A stretch of 62,059 bases of DNA, taken from assembly GCA_963791045.1 (NCBI GenBank), contig CAWBQK010000012.1, positions 1 to 62,059 of the forward strand. Direction: 5' to 3'. The notes below the pieces were generated by a model that saw only the letters and a list, made by a program, of their open reading frames with translations, was not told the DNA's origin and did no database searches. Within the stretch, counting starts at the first letter, position 1; each line of letters begins with the position of its first letter. The position numbers and the translations under genes are program-made. The stretch comes from Candidatus Latescibacterota bacterium (lineage in GTDB: Bacteria; Krumholzibacteriota; Krumholzibacteriia; WVZY01). Shown here in pieces: positions 28,579 through 38,035 of the stretch.

Positions 28579-29987
28579 CCGGTGTTTGTCTCCAGTGTTT
28601 TGTTTGAAATGTCGGAAGCGACCCGCTCGCTCATAGTCTTTGCTCCCGTTATACAATCCGCAACCGAGATACCGCCTCTGAAATTGCCCGTCACGTAGAG
28701 CCCCGGACAATCTTGTTCAAATCGTTCGATCGCGTCGATAATTGTCTGATGTCCGACCCGGTACTGAGGAATCGCCTTGTCCCATCTTGCAACGGTTACG
28801 GTATCCGGAGCCGTGTCGATACCCATCAAGTCCCTGATGTCATTTCTGACTATGTCCGCAAGCCGGCCGTCGTCGAGCAGCGCGTTTTCCGGCTGCCGGC
28901 TCCCGCCGACAAAGGTGGTAAGAGCGACGCCGCCTGCCGGCGCGCGCCCCGGGAAAAGCGTCGAACTCCAGATCGTGCCGAGAATCTGCCGGTTTTCCTT
29001 CTTGGGGACGAGGAATCCGAACCCGTCGAGCGGAGTCGGAGATGGATTCGACCGGTACCCGAAAAACACCTCGGCCACCGGCGGGTAATAGATACGCTCG
29101 AGTTGCCCGCGGAGTGGAAAATCGAACATAAAATTGAGTTCTCCGTAAGCGTGGGCCGGCACGGCCATGATTATCTTACCCGCCTTGAAACGTTTCGAAC
29201 CGCCGTTGAGACGAACGGTCACGGCGAACCCGTCGTTGTCCTTCTCTATCGATTCGATGTGGATCCCCGTATGGATCGTTTCCGCGCGCGCGGCGGCCAA
29301 CGCATCCGTCATCGTCTGCATCCCGCTGGAAAACGAAAACAAACGCGCATTCTGTTTAGAAGTCTCTTTTTGTTTCTTCCGCTCCTTCGCCCCCATGATC
29401 GTTCCCTTAATCAGACTTCCGTATTTCTGTTCGATTTCGAGAAGCTTTGGAAATCCGCTCCGAACGCTGAGCGAATCGGGATCGCCGGCGTACACACCGG
29501 CAACAAACGGATTGATCGCGTAATCGAGAAACTCATCCCCAATCCGCCGCCTGACAAAATCGGCGAGGCTCTCATCGATCGTTGGGTCCGACGCCGCGAT
29601 AAACGGCTCTTTGAGAAGTCTGAGCTTGGCGGACACTGAAAAAAGCGGGGTCTTCAAAAACGCTAGGGGGCTCATCGGAAGGTTGATGAGTTTGCCGCCG
29701 CGAACGATGTACCTGTTCTGGGATTTGTCGTTCGCGTATTCGAGTGTGGCCTCCAGCCCGGCCGATTCAAACAGTTCGTGAAGAACCGGAGATACATCGA
29801 GAGCATTGTTTGGGCCGTTTTCAACCATAAAGCCGTCCATGTGGTCGGTCCGTATGGTGCCCCCGACGCGGGTCTCTTTTTCGAGCACACGTGTGCTGAC
29901 ACCCTTTCGCTCGAGAAAGTGCGCCGTGGCAAGCCCGGTGATGCCCGCGCCGATTACGATTACATCTGTTGACAGATCGTTTGTCAT
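28575..29987 (-). CDS. hemY: HemY-type protoporphyrinogen/coproporphyrinogen oxidase
   Basis: 'IGAGITGL', 'VENGPN', 'GVYAGDP', 'GFGFLVP', 'AIPQYRVGH'; start MTNDL overlaps hemH stop. Confidence 0.93.
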   Translation of the reverse strand: MTNDLSTDVIVIGAGITGLATAHFLERKGVSTRVLEKETRVGGTIRTDHMDGFMVENGPNNALDVSPVLHELFESAGLEATLEYANDKSQNRYIVRGGKLINLPMSPLAFLKTPLFSVSAKLRLLKEPFIAASDPTIDESLADFVRRRIGDEFLDYAINPFVAGVYAGDPDSLSVRSGFPKLLEIEQKYGSLIKGTIMGAKERKKQKETSKQNARLFSFSSGMQTMTDALAAARAETIHTGIHIESIEKDNDGFAVTVRLNGGSKRFKAGKIIMAVPAHAYGELNFMFDFPLRGQLERIYYPPVAEVFFGYRSNPSPTPLDGFGFLVPKKENRQILGTIWSSTLFPGRAPAGGVALTTFVGGSRQPENALLDDGRLADIVRNDIRDLMGIDTAPDTVTVARWDKAIPQYRVGHQTIIDAIERFEQDCPGLYVTGNFRGGISVADCITGAKTMSERVASDISNKTLETNTG

Positions 29988-31090
29988 TTCCCCGTTCCGG
30001 CCTCTTTGATTGTGGTTGATCCGCCGTCCACCGCCCGCGCCGGCGAAGGGCCGGCGCCACACCAGTTCACAAGCGCGTTGATCCATGCCGAATGGTCGTT
30101 GAGACACGGGACCATTTTGAATTCTCCGCCGCCCGCGCCGACGAACGCTTTCCCACCCTGCATCCCTATTTCTTCCAGCGTTTCAAGACAGTCGGATACG
30201 AATGCGGGGCACACTACCAGGAGTTTCCCGGTCCCCGCGGCTCCCAACCTCACGATCTCCTCCGCTGCATACGGTGAAAGCCACTTGTCACGCCCGAGCC
30301 GCGACTGGAAGGCAACCGAATACTTGTCGTCCGGCAACCCCAGTTTCCGGGTAACCAGCTCGGTTGTCTTAAAAACCTGGTGACGGTAGCATTTCGCGTG
30401 CGCCGGAGACGGGATCGAACAGCAATCCCCGTTTGCGAGACAGTGGTCACCCGTCGGGTCGGTTTTCTTGATGTGCCTTTCGGGAAGACCGTGATAACTG
30501 AATAAGAGATGATCGAAACCGTCATCGATGTACTCGCGCATGCTCGCGGCAAGCGCATCGATATAGAGTTCATCCCCGTAGAATGGCGGCATGATCTCCA
30601 GCCGGGCATTCACGTTCATTTTCTTTAATGTTTTCTTCACTTCGACGACTGTGCTCTCCGTCGTCGACATCGCGTAGTGCGGATAAAGCGGGATGAGAAA
30701 AACTTCATTGAGCTTCCCGTGGGTCTCGGAGAGAAGTTCGTTTACCCCGTGCTCTATCGATGGGTTCCCGTATCGCATCGCCAACGCGACCGGCTCATCG
30801 ACACGAATCTTCACAAGCCCTGCCAGCAACCGGCTAATCACGACGAGCGGGGACCCTCGATCCCACCAGATTGACTTGTACGCTTCCGCCGATTGTTTGG
30901 GCCGCCGCGGCAGGACAAAAAGTTCGACAATGAGTTTTCTCACCAGGTAGGGCACATCGATGACGCGGCCGTCCATCAGAAACTGCCTGAGATACCGGCG
31001 GACATCAGCCTCAGCCGGAGAATCGGGCGATCCCAGATTAACGAGTAGTATCCCTCGATGATTCGGAGAACTCACTGGCACATCCTTCAA
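29984..31090 (-). CDS. hemH: Ferrochelatase
   Basis: 'LLVNLGSPDSP', 'LYPHYAMST', 'FSYHGLP', 'FQSRLG', 'FVSDCLETLEEI'. Confidence 0.95.
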   Translation of the reverse strand: MKDVPVSSPNHRGILLVNLGSPDSPAEADVRRYLRQFLMDGRVIDVPYLVRKLIVELFVLPRRPKQSAEAYKSIWWDRGSPLVVISRLLAGLVKIRVDEPVALAMRYGNPSIEHGVNELLSETHGKLNEVFLIPLYPHYAMSTTESTVVEVKKTLKKMNVNARLEIMPPFYGDELYIDALAASMREYIDDGFDHLLFSYHGLPERHIKKTDPTGDHCLANGDCCSIPSPAHAKCYRHQVFKTTELVTRKLGLPDDKYSVAFQSRLGRDKWLSPYAAEEIVRLGAAGTGKLLVVCPAFVSDCLETLEEIGMQGGKAFVGAGGGEFKMVPCLNDHSAWINALVNWCGAGPSPARAVDGGSTTIKEAGTGK

Positions 31091-31093
31091 TCG

Positions 31094-32491
31094 TTACACG
31101 GTCCGAGAGTAAATCGGCTTTTTCCCGTCCTGGTCCCGGTCGAGATATCGATCGAAGGCCATGGCGATGTTTCTGATGACGAGCCGCCCCGCATCCTGAA
31201 CCTGGAGCCGGTCGGCGGAGAGCGTGACGATTCCGTCCTGGACGAACTCGTCAAGTTTTGAAAGCGATTCGGCGAAATAAGAATCGAAGTCGACGTCAAA
31301 TCGCGTTTTTACGACGTCCTTCAGAACCCGGTTGTTGCACATGAGCTCGGTGATGACATATCGACGGATCTTGTCGTCATCATCGAGTCGATATCCAAGC
31401 TGTGTTGGGATCTCACCCTTGTCGAGCATTTGCATGTAGGTGGTTGTATCTTTTGCGTTCTGCGCATACACGTTTCGTAGCTGACTGATCGACGTCACAC
31501 CCATCGCGTATACTTCCGCCTCGGCTCGCGTGCTGTACCCTTGAAAATTCCTGTAAAGGGTATGGTCTTCGAGTGCGAGCGCAAGTTCGTCTCCCGGCTT
31601 GGCAAAGTGATCCATTCCGATATACACGTAACCTGCACCCGTCAGTTTTTCGATTATGAGCTTGAGGAGCCTCAACCTTTCGGCCGGCTCGGGGAGCGCC
31701 TCTTCGGGTATCACGCTCTGGTGCTTCTTCAGCCACGGGACATAGGCGTAATTGAAAACGGCAAGCCGGTCGGGTGAAATATCAATGATCTTGTCGAGCG
31801 TTTTTTCGTACGACTCGACGGTCTGATATGGGAGACCATAGATCAAATCGACATTGATCGAATCGAACCCCAGCTCGCGGCTCCACCGAACCACGTCGCG
31901 GTTGACCTTCTCCGGCTGAATTCGGTTTACCGTCTCTTGAACCTTGTGATCGAAATCCTGAACACCAAAACTCACACGGTTAAAACCTACCTCGCGTATT
32001 ACGGCGAGCTGCTCGTGCGTCAAACGGCGCGGATCGATTTCCATCGCGATCTCAGCGTCATCGGCAAACTCAAATTTGTCATCGACAAATTTGAACACCT
32101 CGCGGGTCTGGTCAGGTGTGAGATACGTCGGTGTCCCCCCACCCCAATGCATCTGTACGACTTTTCGGCCCGGCTTTATGAGATCGCTGACCAGTCCGGT
32201 TTCTTTTTTTATATAGCCGACATACTCTTCGATCCGTTGTGGATTGCTCGTAACAATCACGTTGCAGGCGCAGAAGTAACAAAGCGACCTGCAAAACGGA
32301 AAATGAAAATAGAGAGAAAGCGGTGGAATATCCTCGGCCGCGTTCGAAGCAACAATCTCTTCCCTGAAGTCCGCCGGACCGAAGTTATCGGCAAACTGGG
32401 GCGCCGTCGGATAGCTCGTGTACCGCGGCCCCGGACGGCTGTACTTCTTGAAAAGGTCGAGATCGACATCTACTCGTGTTGACTTGTCCAT
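31094..32491 (-). CDS. hemN: Oxygen-independent coproporphyrinogen III dehydrogenase (radical SAM)
   Basis: 'GPRYTSYPTA', 'HFPFCRSLCYFCAC', 'GGGTP', 'GMDHFA', 'RNFQGY'. Confidence 0.95.
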   Translation of the reverse strand: MDKSTRVDVDLDLFKKYSRPGPRYTSYPTAPQFADNFGPADFREEIVASNAAEDIPPLSLYFHFPFCRSLCYFCACNVIVTSNPQRIEEYVGYIKKETGLVSDLIKPGRKVVQMHWGGGTPTYLTPDQTREVFKFVDDKFEFADDAEIAMEIDPRRLTHEQLAVIREVGFNRVSFGVQDFDHKVQETVNRIQPEKVNRDVVRWSRELGFDSINVDLIYGLPYQTVESYEKTLDKIIDISPDRLAVFNYAYVPWLKKHQSVIPEEALPEPAERLRLLKLIIEKLTGAGYVYIGMDHFAKPGDELALALEDHTLYRNFQGYSTRAEAEVYAMGVTSISQLRNVYAQNAKDTTTYMQMLDKGEIPTQLGYRLDDDDKIRRYVITELMCNNRVLKDVVKTRFDVDFDSYFAESLSKLDEFVQDGIVTLSADRLQVQDAGRLVIRNIAMAFDRYLDRDQDGKKPIYSRTV

Positions 32492-32565
32492 TGTGTTACA
32501 TCATTCCTTATCGAAGTCCCCGCGACGGGATAAATTCATCGTTTCGTCTCGTACAACGATCAACG

Positions 32566-33582
32566 CTACTCGTTGAGCCACCGGGCCGCGTCACGGGCGA
32601 AGTAGGTCAATATGAGATCCGCGCCCGCGCGTTTTATGCCTGTCAACGATTCGAGCGCACATCGTTTGAGATCCAGCCACCCATTGGCCGCGGCGGCATG
32701 GATCATCGCGTACTCGCCGCTCACCTGGTAGGCGGCAATCGGCAGCGTAAACGCCTCGCGTGTTTCGGCGATAATATCGAGATACGGCATTGCCGGCTTA
32801 ACCATCAGCATGTCGGCGCCCTCTGCGACATCGAGTTCGATTTCTCTGAGGGCTTCTCTTCTGTTTGCCGGGTCCATCTGATACTGGCTGCGGTCGCCAA
32901 ACCCGGGGGCGCTTTCCGCCGCTTCCCGGAACGGCCCGTAAAAACCGCTGGAGTATTTGGCCGCATAACTCATCACCGATACGTGTTCGAAACTCTCGCT
33001 GTCGAGCGCGTTTCGAATGGCGCCCACCATTCCATCGATCATTCCCGAAGGCGCGATGATGTCCGCGCCCGCCTGCGCGTGAACGATCGAGGCGTTGCCG
33101 AGAAGGTCGAGGGTCGGGTCGTTGAGGAGATATCCCTCGGGCAACTGCGGATTGTAATGTTCGTGGTCGGACGTGTTTATGATTCCACAATGTCCGTGAT
33201 CGGTATACTCGCAGCAGCACATGTCAGAAATCACGACGAGGTCGGGAGCAATTTCCTTAATCGCGCGTATGGCGCTCGGAACGATTCCGTCGGGGTTGTA
33301 GTTGTCGCTGCCCGTGGCGTCTTTTTGATCGGGGATGCCGAAAAGGATCACAGCGGGGATTCCAAGATTCACGACGTCCTTGATTTCATCCGCCAGCATG
33401 TCGATAGACAGCTGGTACTGGCCCGACATCGAGGAAATCTCGTTCTTGATTCCCTTGCCGGGCCGTACGAACATCGGGTAGATGAAATCGGCCGGCGTGA
33501 CGTGGGTTTCCCTGACCATCCGGCGAATATTTGAACTCAACCGCAGCCGGCGCGGCCGCATATCGGGATAGAAATATGTCAC
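32566..33582 (-). CDS. hemB: Porphobilinogen synthase (Zn-dependent type)
   Basis: 'RPRRLR', '[14 protein letters not shown]', 'MSYAAKY...FYGPFR', 'MVKPA', 'AYQVSGEY'. Confidence 0.96.
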   Translation of the reverse strand: MTYFYPDMRPRRLRLSSNIRRMVRETHVTPADFIYPMFVRPGKGIKNEISSMSGQYQLSIDMLADEIKDVVNLGIPAVILFGIPDQKDATGSDNYNPDGIVPSAIRAIKEIAPDLVVISDMCCCEYTDHGHCGIINTSDHEHYNPQLPEGYLLNDPTLDLLGNASIVHAQAGADIIAPSGMIDGMVGAIRNALDSESFEHVSVMSYAAKYSSGFYGPFREAAESAPGFGDRSQYQMDPANRREALREIELDVAEGADMLMVKPAMPYLDIIAETREAFTLPIAAYQVSGEYAMIHAAAANGWLDLKRCALESLTGIKRAGADLILTYFARDAARWLNE

Positions 33583-33717
33583 GATTCCCCCAAGTCCTTT
33601 GTGGAAAGCCGGCTCGGGCCAGCTTCATAAAATGTTTTACGGGTGCCTGAAATTCCGAGGCAATAGCAGATTATATCAAAATTACGGCGCCGTTTCCACC
33701 GCGCCGCTTGTTCTATA

Positions 33718-33747
33718 TATATAGTACAAGTTATTGACAAAAGTCAA
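33718..33747 (-). promoter_or_regulatory. Putative heme operon promoter overlapped by a TTGAC-N4-GTCAA palindrome
   Basis: Minus strand TTGACT-N18-TATATA; palindrome TTGAC-AAAA-GTCAA at 33734-33747. Confidence 0.5.
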
Positions 33748-33869
33748 CTTCTCCAATTGGCTCGTTAAGCCCCCCCTCCTTGCCCGGACACCTCAAATCA
33801 CGCACGCAATCACTTGTGATGAAATCAGATACAAATCCGTCTGTCATACCTGCTCAACCATACCTTCGA

Positions 33870-34168
33870 TGATGACGTCCTCACTGGCTCGACACGGGTC
33901 CTGTCGCCGATTACCCCAGTCGTGCTCGCTTAAGCTTCGTGCGGATCGCTGATTCGCTGATAACAGCGATTTGCACTCAGTTTACCTAATTAGCAACAAC
34001 AGCGCCGTGCGTGCCACCCGCACTCCGCTTCGCTCGTCACGCCGCGGGGGCCCCATCGGCGAGCGAAGCGAAGTGCGGGATGTCATGCTCAGAGGCTTTA
34101 ACGACCCAGAACGCGAGCCGCCACCCGTGTCTACCCATGATCCTGAGGGGACGGTGAGGGCGTCGTCG
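33870..34168 (+). repeat. Palindromic/structured element, copy C (long form; candidate ncRNA or REP/MITE-like element)
   Basis: Nested helices 33870-33886/34152-34168, 33891-33899/34123-34131, 33904-33911/34055-34062 and 33939-33951/33964-33976; homologous to copy B. Confidence 0.7.
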
Positions 34169-34184
34169 CACCGGCCGAATTCCC

Positions 34185-34213
34185 CTGACGAACTCTACGG
34201 AATGGTTTAGAAT
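34185..34213 (+). promoter_or_regulatory. Putative sigma70 promoter of the ammonia-lyase gene
   Basis: CTGACG-N17-TAGAAT. Confidence 0.5.
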
Positions 34214-34273
34214 AGCCGGAATCTCCTTCCGAGATTGATGCCGAGACAACAAGCTGACAACTGGAGGAATCAC

Positions 34274-35803
34274 ATGTCAGTCATCATTACAGGTAAAGGG
34301 CTTTCGATTGACGATGTTGTGGCCGTCGCGCGGAATGGCGAAAAGGTGGAGATCCACCCGGAAGCCATCGAACGGATAATCAAATGCCGTGCGTTTATCG
34401 AGGAGCGGATCGAAGCCGGCGAAATCATGTACGGTGTTAATACGGGGATAGGTGAGTTTTCCGAAGTCGTCTTGAACGACGATCAGGTAAAACAATTTCA
34501 GCGATATCTCATCTATAACCATGCCGCGGGCATCGGTGATCCAGTCCCCCACGACCACGTTCGAGCGGCAATGCTGCTCCGCCTGAACGTGCTCGCCAAC
34601 GGTCATTCGGGATGTCGTCCCGACATCGCGAAGACGTTCGTGGAAATGCTCAACAAGGGCGTCACACCCGTTGTGTGCAAAAAGGGCTCGGTGGGCGCTT
34701 GCGGTGACCTTGCGCCGATGAGTCAGATCGCGCTTCTCATGATGGGCGAAGGCGAGGCGTTTTTTAAAGGCGAGCGTTTGACCGGCTCGCAGGCGCTTGA
34801 AAAAGCTGGAATACCGGTCCCGGGACTCCAGGCGCGTGATGGTCTTGCGTGCATCAACGGTTCGAACTTGATAAACGGAATGGGGTGTCTTGCCGTTTAC
34901 GACGCCGAACGCTGGCTGGTCCAGGCGGAGATCGCCACGGCGATGACACTCGAGGCGTTAAAGGCGAACCTCAAACCGTACGACTCGAGACTCCACGAAC
35001 TTCGCGGTTTTCAAGGCGCCGTGACATCCGCGATGAATATCAGAAAGATGGTCGAGGGATCCGACCTTGCGACCGGAAAAGAAAAGGTAAAGGTTCAAGA
35101 CGCGTACAGCATGCGTTCGACACCGCAGGTCATCGGGGCGGCACGCGACCAGATCCGTTGGACGCGGAGCCAACTCGAGATCGAAGCCAACGGCGTCGGC
35201 GACAACCCCGTGTTCTTGCCCGACGACAAGGTGGTGCTCACCGGCGCCAACTTCCAGGGCACGCCGATCAGCATGCCGCTCGATACGATGGGTGCGGCGA
35301 TTACGATGGTGTGCGTCCTTTCGGAACGACGGCTCAACCGGATGACGAACCCCGCCTTGAGTGTCGGCCTTCCCGCTTTTCTTACAAAGGGCGCCGGGAT
35401 GTTTTCGGGGATGATGCTCAGCCAGTACACGGCGGATATGCAAATCGTCGAACAGCGGATACTTTCCGCGCCGGCATTTGTCCAGTCGATACCGGCCGCC
35501 GCCGACCAGGAAGACTTTGTTTCGATGGGAATGAACACGGCCCTTAAAACCCGCGACATTCTCGATATCGCGAACGGAGTCCTGGGAATCGAGTTCATGG
35601 CCGCGGCGCAGGCCCTCGATTTCCGCGAGTACAAATCGGGCAAAGGCACACTTGCGGCAAAGGCCGAGATCAGAAAGCATGTTGATTTTCTCGACGTCGA
35701 CCGGCCTCTCTATACGGACCACAACGCCATGATGGCGCTGGTGAAAAGCCTGGATATCCTGGCAGCCGTTCAAAGTGAGATCGGCGAGTTGTCGCTTTAC
35801 TGA
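34274..35803 (+). CDS. hutH: Aromatic amino acid ammonia-lyase, probably histidine ammonia-lyase
   Basis: 'YGVNTGIG', 'NHAAGIG', 'GSVGACGDLAP', 'QDAYSMRSTPQ', 'ANFQG', 'DQEDFVSM'; GGAGG RBS. Confidence 0.85.
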   Translation: MSVIITGKGLSIDDVVAVARNGEKVEIHPEAIERIIKCRAFIEERIEAGEIMYGVNTGIGEFSEVVLNDDQVKQFQRYLIYNHAAGIGDPVPHDHVRAAMLLRLNVLANGHSGCRPDIAKTFVEMLNKGVTPVVCKKGSVGACGDLAPMSQIALLMMGEGEAFFKGERLTGSQALEKAGIPVPGLQARDGLACINGSNLINGMGCLAVYDAERWLVQAEIATAMTLEALKANLKPYDSRLHELRGFQGAVTSAMNIRKMVEGSDLATGKEKVKVQDAYSMRSTPQVIGAARDQIRWTRSQLEIEANGVGDNPVFLPDDKVVLTGANFQGTPISMPLDTMGAAITMVCVLSERRLNRMTNPALSVGLPAFLTKGAGMFSGMMLSQYTADMQIVEQRILSAPAFVQSIPAAADQEDFVSMGMNTALKTRDILDIANGVLGIEFMAAAQALDFREYKSGKGTLAAKAEIRKHVDFLDVDRPLYTDHNAMMALVKSLDILAAVQSEIGELSLY

Positions 35804-35831
35804 TCGATCGACAAACCTGAACATGTGTGAC

Positions 35832-35871
35832 AAAACCGCGGGAGCATTTGAATGCCCCCGCGGTTTTTTTC
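35832..35871 (+). terminator. Intrinsic terminator after hutH
   Basis: AAAACCGCGGGAGCATT-TG-AATGCCCCCGCGGTTTTTTT. Confidence 0.75.
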
Positions 35872-36024
35872 TGACCGTTTTCTTTAAAAGCTCATTAAAG
35901 ACGACCCCGGCACTCGCGATGAGCAAGCGCCGGGGTCTCTCCTTGGCAACCTGGAGCACAAGGAGTCGACATATGTGATGTCACGACACGTCAGCGTGTC
36001 GCGCTCGACAAAACTTTGGCGATC

Positions 36025-36738
36025 CTAATCACTGTAGAGCGATTTGATTTTCCCCCAGGTCGAATCCTGGGTCGCCACGTCGCAATCTCCAAGAATTCTG
36101 ATCGCGATCTCGGTGACACTGCCCCAACCGCCACGCATCCAGACCCCGGTGTTGCAATTCTCGTCAAGAAACTCCGGGAACTCAGCGGGTTTTGTCCCGC
36201 CGTCAGTGGTTCCAAAAAACGCGGCGTTGTTGATCGTATATTCCATACAATCGGTAAAGCCGTCGATCTGACCTCGGGTCGTCACGTTCGATCTGATCCC
36301 CAGCAAACTTCCGAACACATACTTGTAGGTCGTGGTGACGATAAAGAAACCAACATCACCAAAGTAGTCCTGGCTGCCGTCCCCCCAGGGTCCGGCGCCT
36401 GACAGGAAGAAATGACCCGCCGCGTAAGAAGTACGCCACGTTACATCTCCGGATCCGTCTCCATCGCGCGTATCGCTGATGAAAACCGGAGGAACCTGGA
36501 TCGACGGGCACCAGACTTTCCATTCTGCGCCAAGAACGGCACCATCCCACGACTGTGCGTTGATGGTATTGCCTATCTGGCCATCACGCCCGGGATCGAC
36601 CCAGGACTCGCTGAAATATCCGGTGTTGAAAGATCCGCCGGGATAGTCGAAGGAATAGTAAGTTCCTATTATCGGCTGTCCGGCAAAGACTGGTACGGCT
36701 AGAAGCCCCAATACGAGCACCATCGCAGTGACCCTCAT
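36025..36738 (-). CDS. Secreted hypothetical protein, paralog 1, with C-terminal TWG tail
   Basis: Signal peptide MRVTAMVLVLGLLAVPVFA; clearly similar to the next two genes; ends VATQDSTWGKIKSLYSD. Confidence 0.85.
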   Translation of the reverse strand: MRVTAMVLVLGLLAVPVFAGQPIIGTYYSFDYPGGSFNTGYFSESWVDPGRDGQIGNTINAQSWDGAVLGAEWKVWCPSIQVPPVFISDTRDGDGSGDVTWRTSYAAGHFFLSGAGPWGDGSQDYFGDVGFFIVTTTYKYVFGSLLGIRSNVTTRGQIDGFTDCMEYTINNAAFFGTTDGGTKPAEFPEFLDENCNTGVWMRGGWGSVTEIAIRILGDCDVATQDSTWGKIKSLYSD

Positions 36739-36878
36739 AAGACAACCCCCTTGGTCACACGTTGAGAAAACTGCGAATCTGTTGATTCCACACAATGCAG
36801 AAATAGAAGTGAACCACCGCAGCTCGTATCCCCGACGCGTACGTATACGACCGCCGATGATCCTTCCCCTTATCATTA

Positions 36879-36943
36879 TTTATAACCTACTTACATAAAT
36901 CCGTCAACCGCATGACTTGACCGCAGTCAAGTCACTAGTTAAC
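36879..36943 (-). promoter_or_regulatory. Promoter plus compound palindromic operator
   Basis: Minus strand TTGACG-N17-TATAAA; plus strand GTCAA-N9-TTGAC-CGCA-GTCAA-N8-TTAAC, core TGACTTGAC CGCA GTCAAGTCA (36913-36934). Confidence 0.65.
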
Positions 36944-37016
36944 GTTTTTAGGATCGCACAATCTCTTTGGTGGCAAACAGTTACCGAGAATATGTCATAT
37001 TTTTTTGACACTCCGC

Positions 37017-37052
37017 AAAAAAACTCACCGACGGTTCCCCGCCGGTGAGTTT
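37017..37052 (-). terminator. Intrinsic terminator after paralog 2
   Basis: Minus strand AAACTCACCGGCGG-GGAA-CCGTCGGTGAGTTTTTTT. Confidence 0.7.
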
Positions 37053-37187
37053 CTGGACGTGTTTGAACACATTTCCTTCGATCGTAAGCGCCCAGTGCCT
37101 GACACACCACCTGATCGGCAGTGTGACGAGTCGCCCACGAAACGCGTTCGTTACGGCCCGACCGGTAGCCTTTCTCAGTTCACGCAA

Positions 37188-37892
37188 TTACTCGTAAAGC
37201 GACTTAATCTTGCCCCAGGTCGACTCCTGTGTCGCCACCTGGCATTCGCCTGTAATTTGGAAAGCCATCTCGGTGACGCTTCCCCAACCACCTCGGGCCA
37301 AGTTGCCCGTATTGCATCCATCGTCCATGAATTCCGGGAAATTTGCAGGCTTGGTTCCTGTATCCGTGTCCCCGAAAAACGCGATGTTATTTATCGAGAA
37401 AATAAAGCATTCGGAATAGCCGGCGATCGGTCCACTCGTCGTCACGTTCGAGCGAATCCCAAGGACATCGCCAAATACGTAAAGATAAGTCGCCGTAACG
37501 ACAAAGAAATCCAGTTCTCCGGTGTAGTCCTCGTCACCCCAGGGGCCACCCGCGCCGAGCCAGAAATGACCGCCCTGGTACGTTGTCCGCCAGGTGACAT
37601 CACCGGTTCCGTTTGCATCGCGAAGGTCTTCGATCAATGTTGGATTCGTTGTAATCGAAGGACACCACAGTCTCCATTCGGTCCCCAACGCGTTTCCATC
37701 CCATGATTCTGCATGCACGGTGTTACCGAACTGACCGTGGGTTCCGGGACCCGCCCACGATTCGCTGAAGTAACCTGTATTAAAAACGCCGCCCGGCATG
37801 TCATATGAGAGATAGACACCCTGAATCGGCGGACCGGCAAGCACCGGAACCGCAAGCAAACCAATCAGCATAACTGTTAACAACAACCTCAT
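37188..37892 (-). CDS. Secreted hypothetical protein, paralog 2, with C-terminal TWG tail
   Basis: AAGGAG RBS; signal peptide MRLLLTVMLIGLLAVPVLA; ends VATQESTWGKIKSLYE. Confidence 0.85.
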   Translation of the reverse strand: MRLLLTVMLIGLLAVPVLAGPPIQGVYLSYDMPGGVFNTGYFSESWAGPGTHGQFGNTVHAESWDGNALGTEWRLWCPSITTNPTLIEDLRDANGTGDVTWRTTYQGGHFWLGAGGPWGDEDYTGELDFFVVTATYLYVFGDVLGIRSNVTTSGPIAGYSECFIFSINNIAFFGDTDTGTKPANFPEFMDDGCNTGNLARGGWGSVTEMAFQITGECQVATQESTWGKIKSLYE

Positions 37893-38035
37893 TCGTGATC
37901 TCCTTTCGCTGCACACGTTAGCCGTTCACCGTGCTACAACAGTAATCGAGCACGCCCACGGCAGACGCAGAACCTATCACCTCGGCACCCCTCAAAAAGC
38001 GCATAGGCATGCGGTTTCTGCACGTATAACTTTAC

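Noticed and set aside
32491-32505. 15-nt match TTGTGTTACATCATT to the minus strand near 45965-45979
   Set aside because: A few 15-mer matches are expected by chance in 62 kb, and this copy overlaps the hemN ribosome-binding region.
33870-34168. Assignment of the structured element to SRP RNA, tmRNA, RNase P, 6S, group II intron, attC or a hutH riboswitch
   Set aside because: None of their diagnostic motifs was found, and the likely hutH promoter lies downstream of the element.
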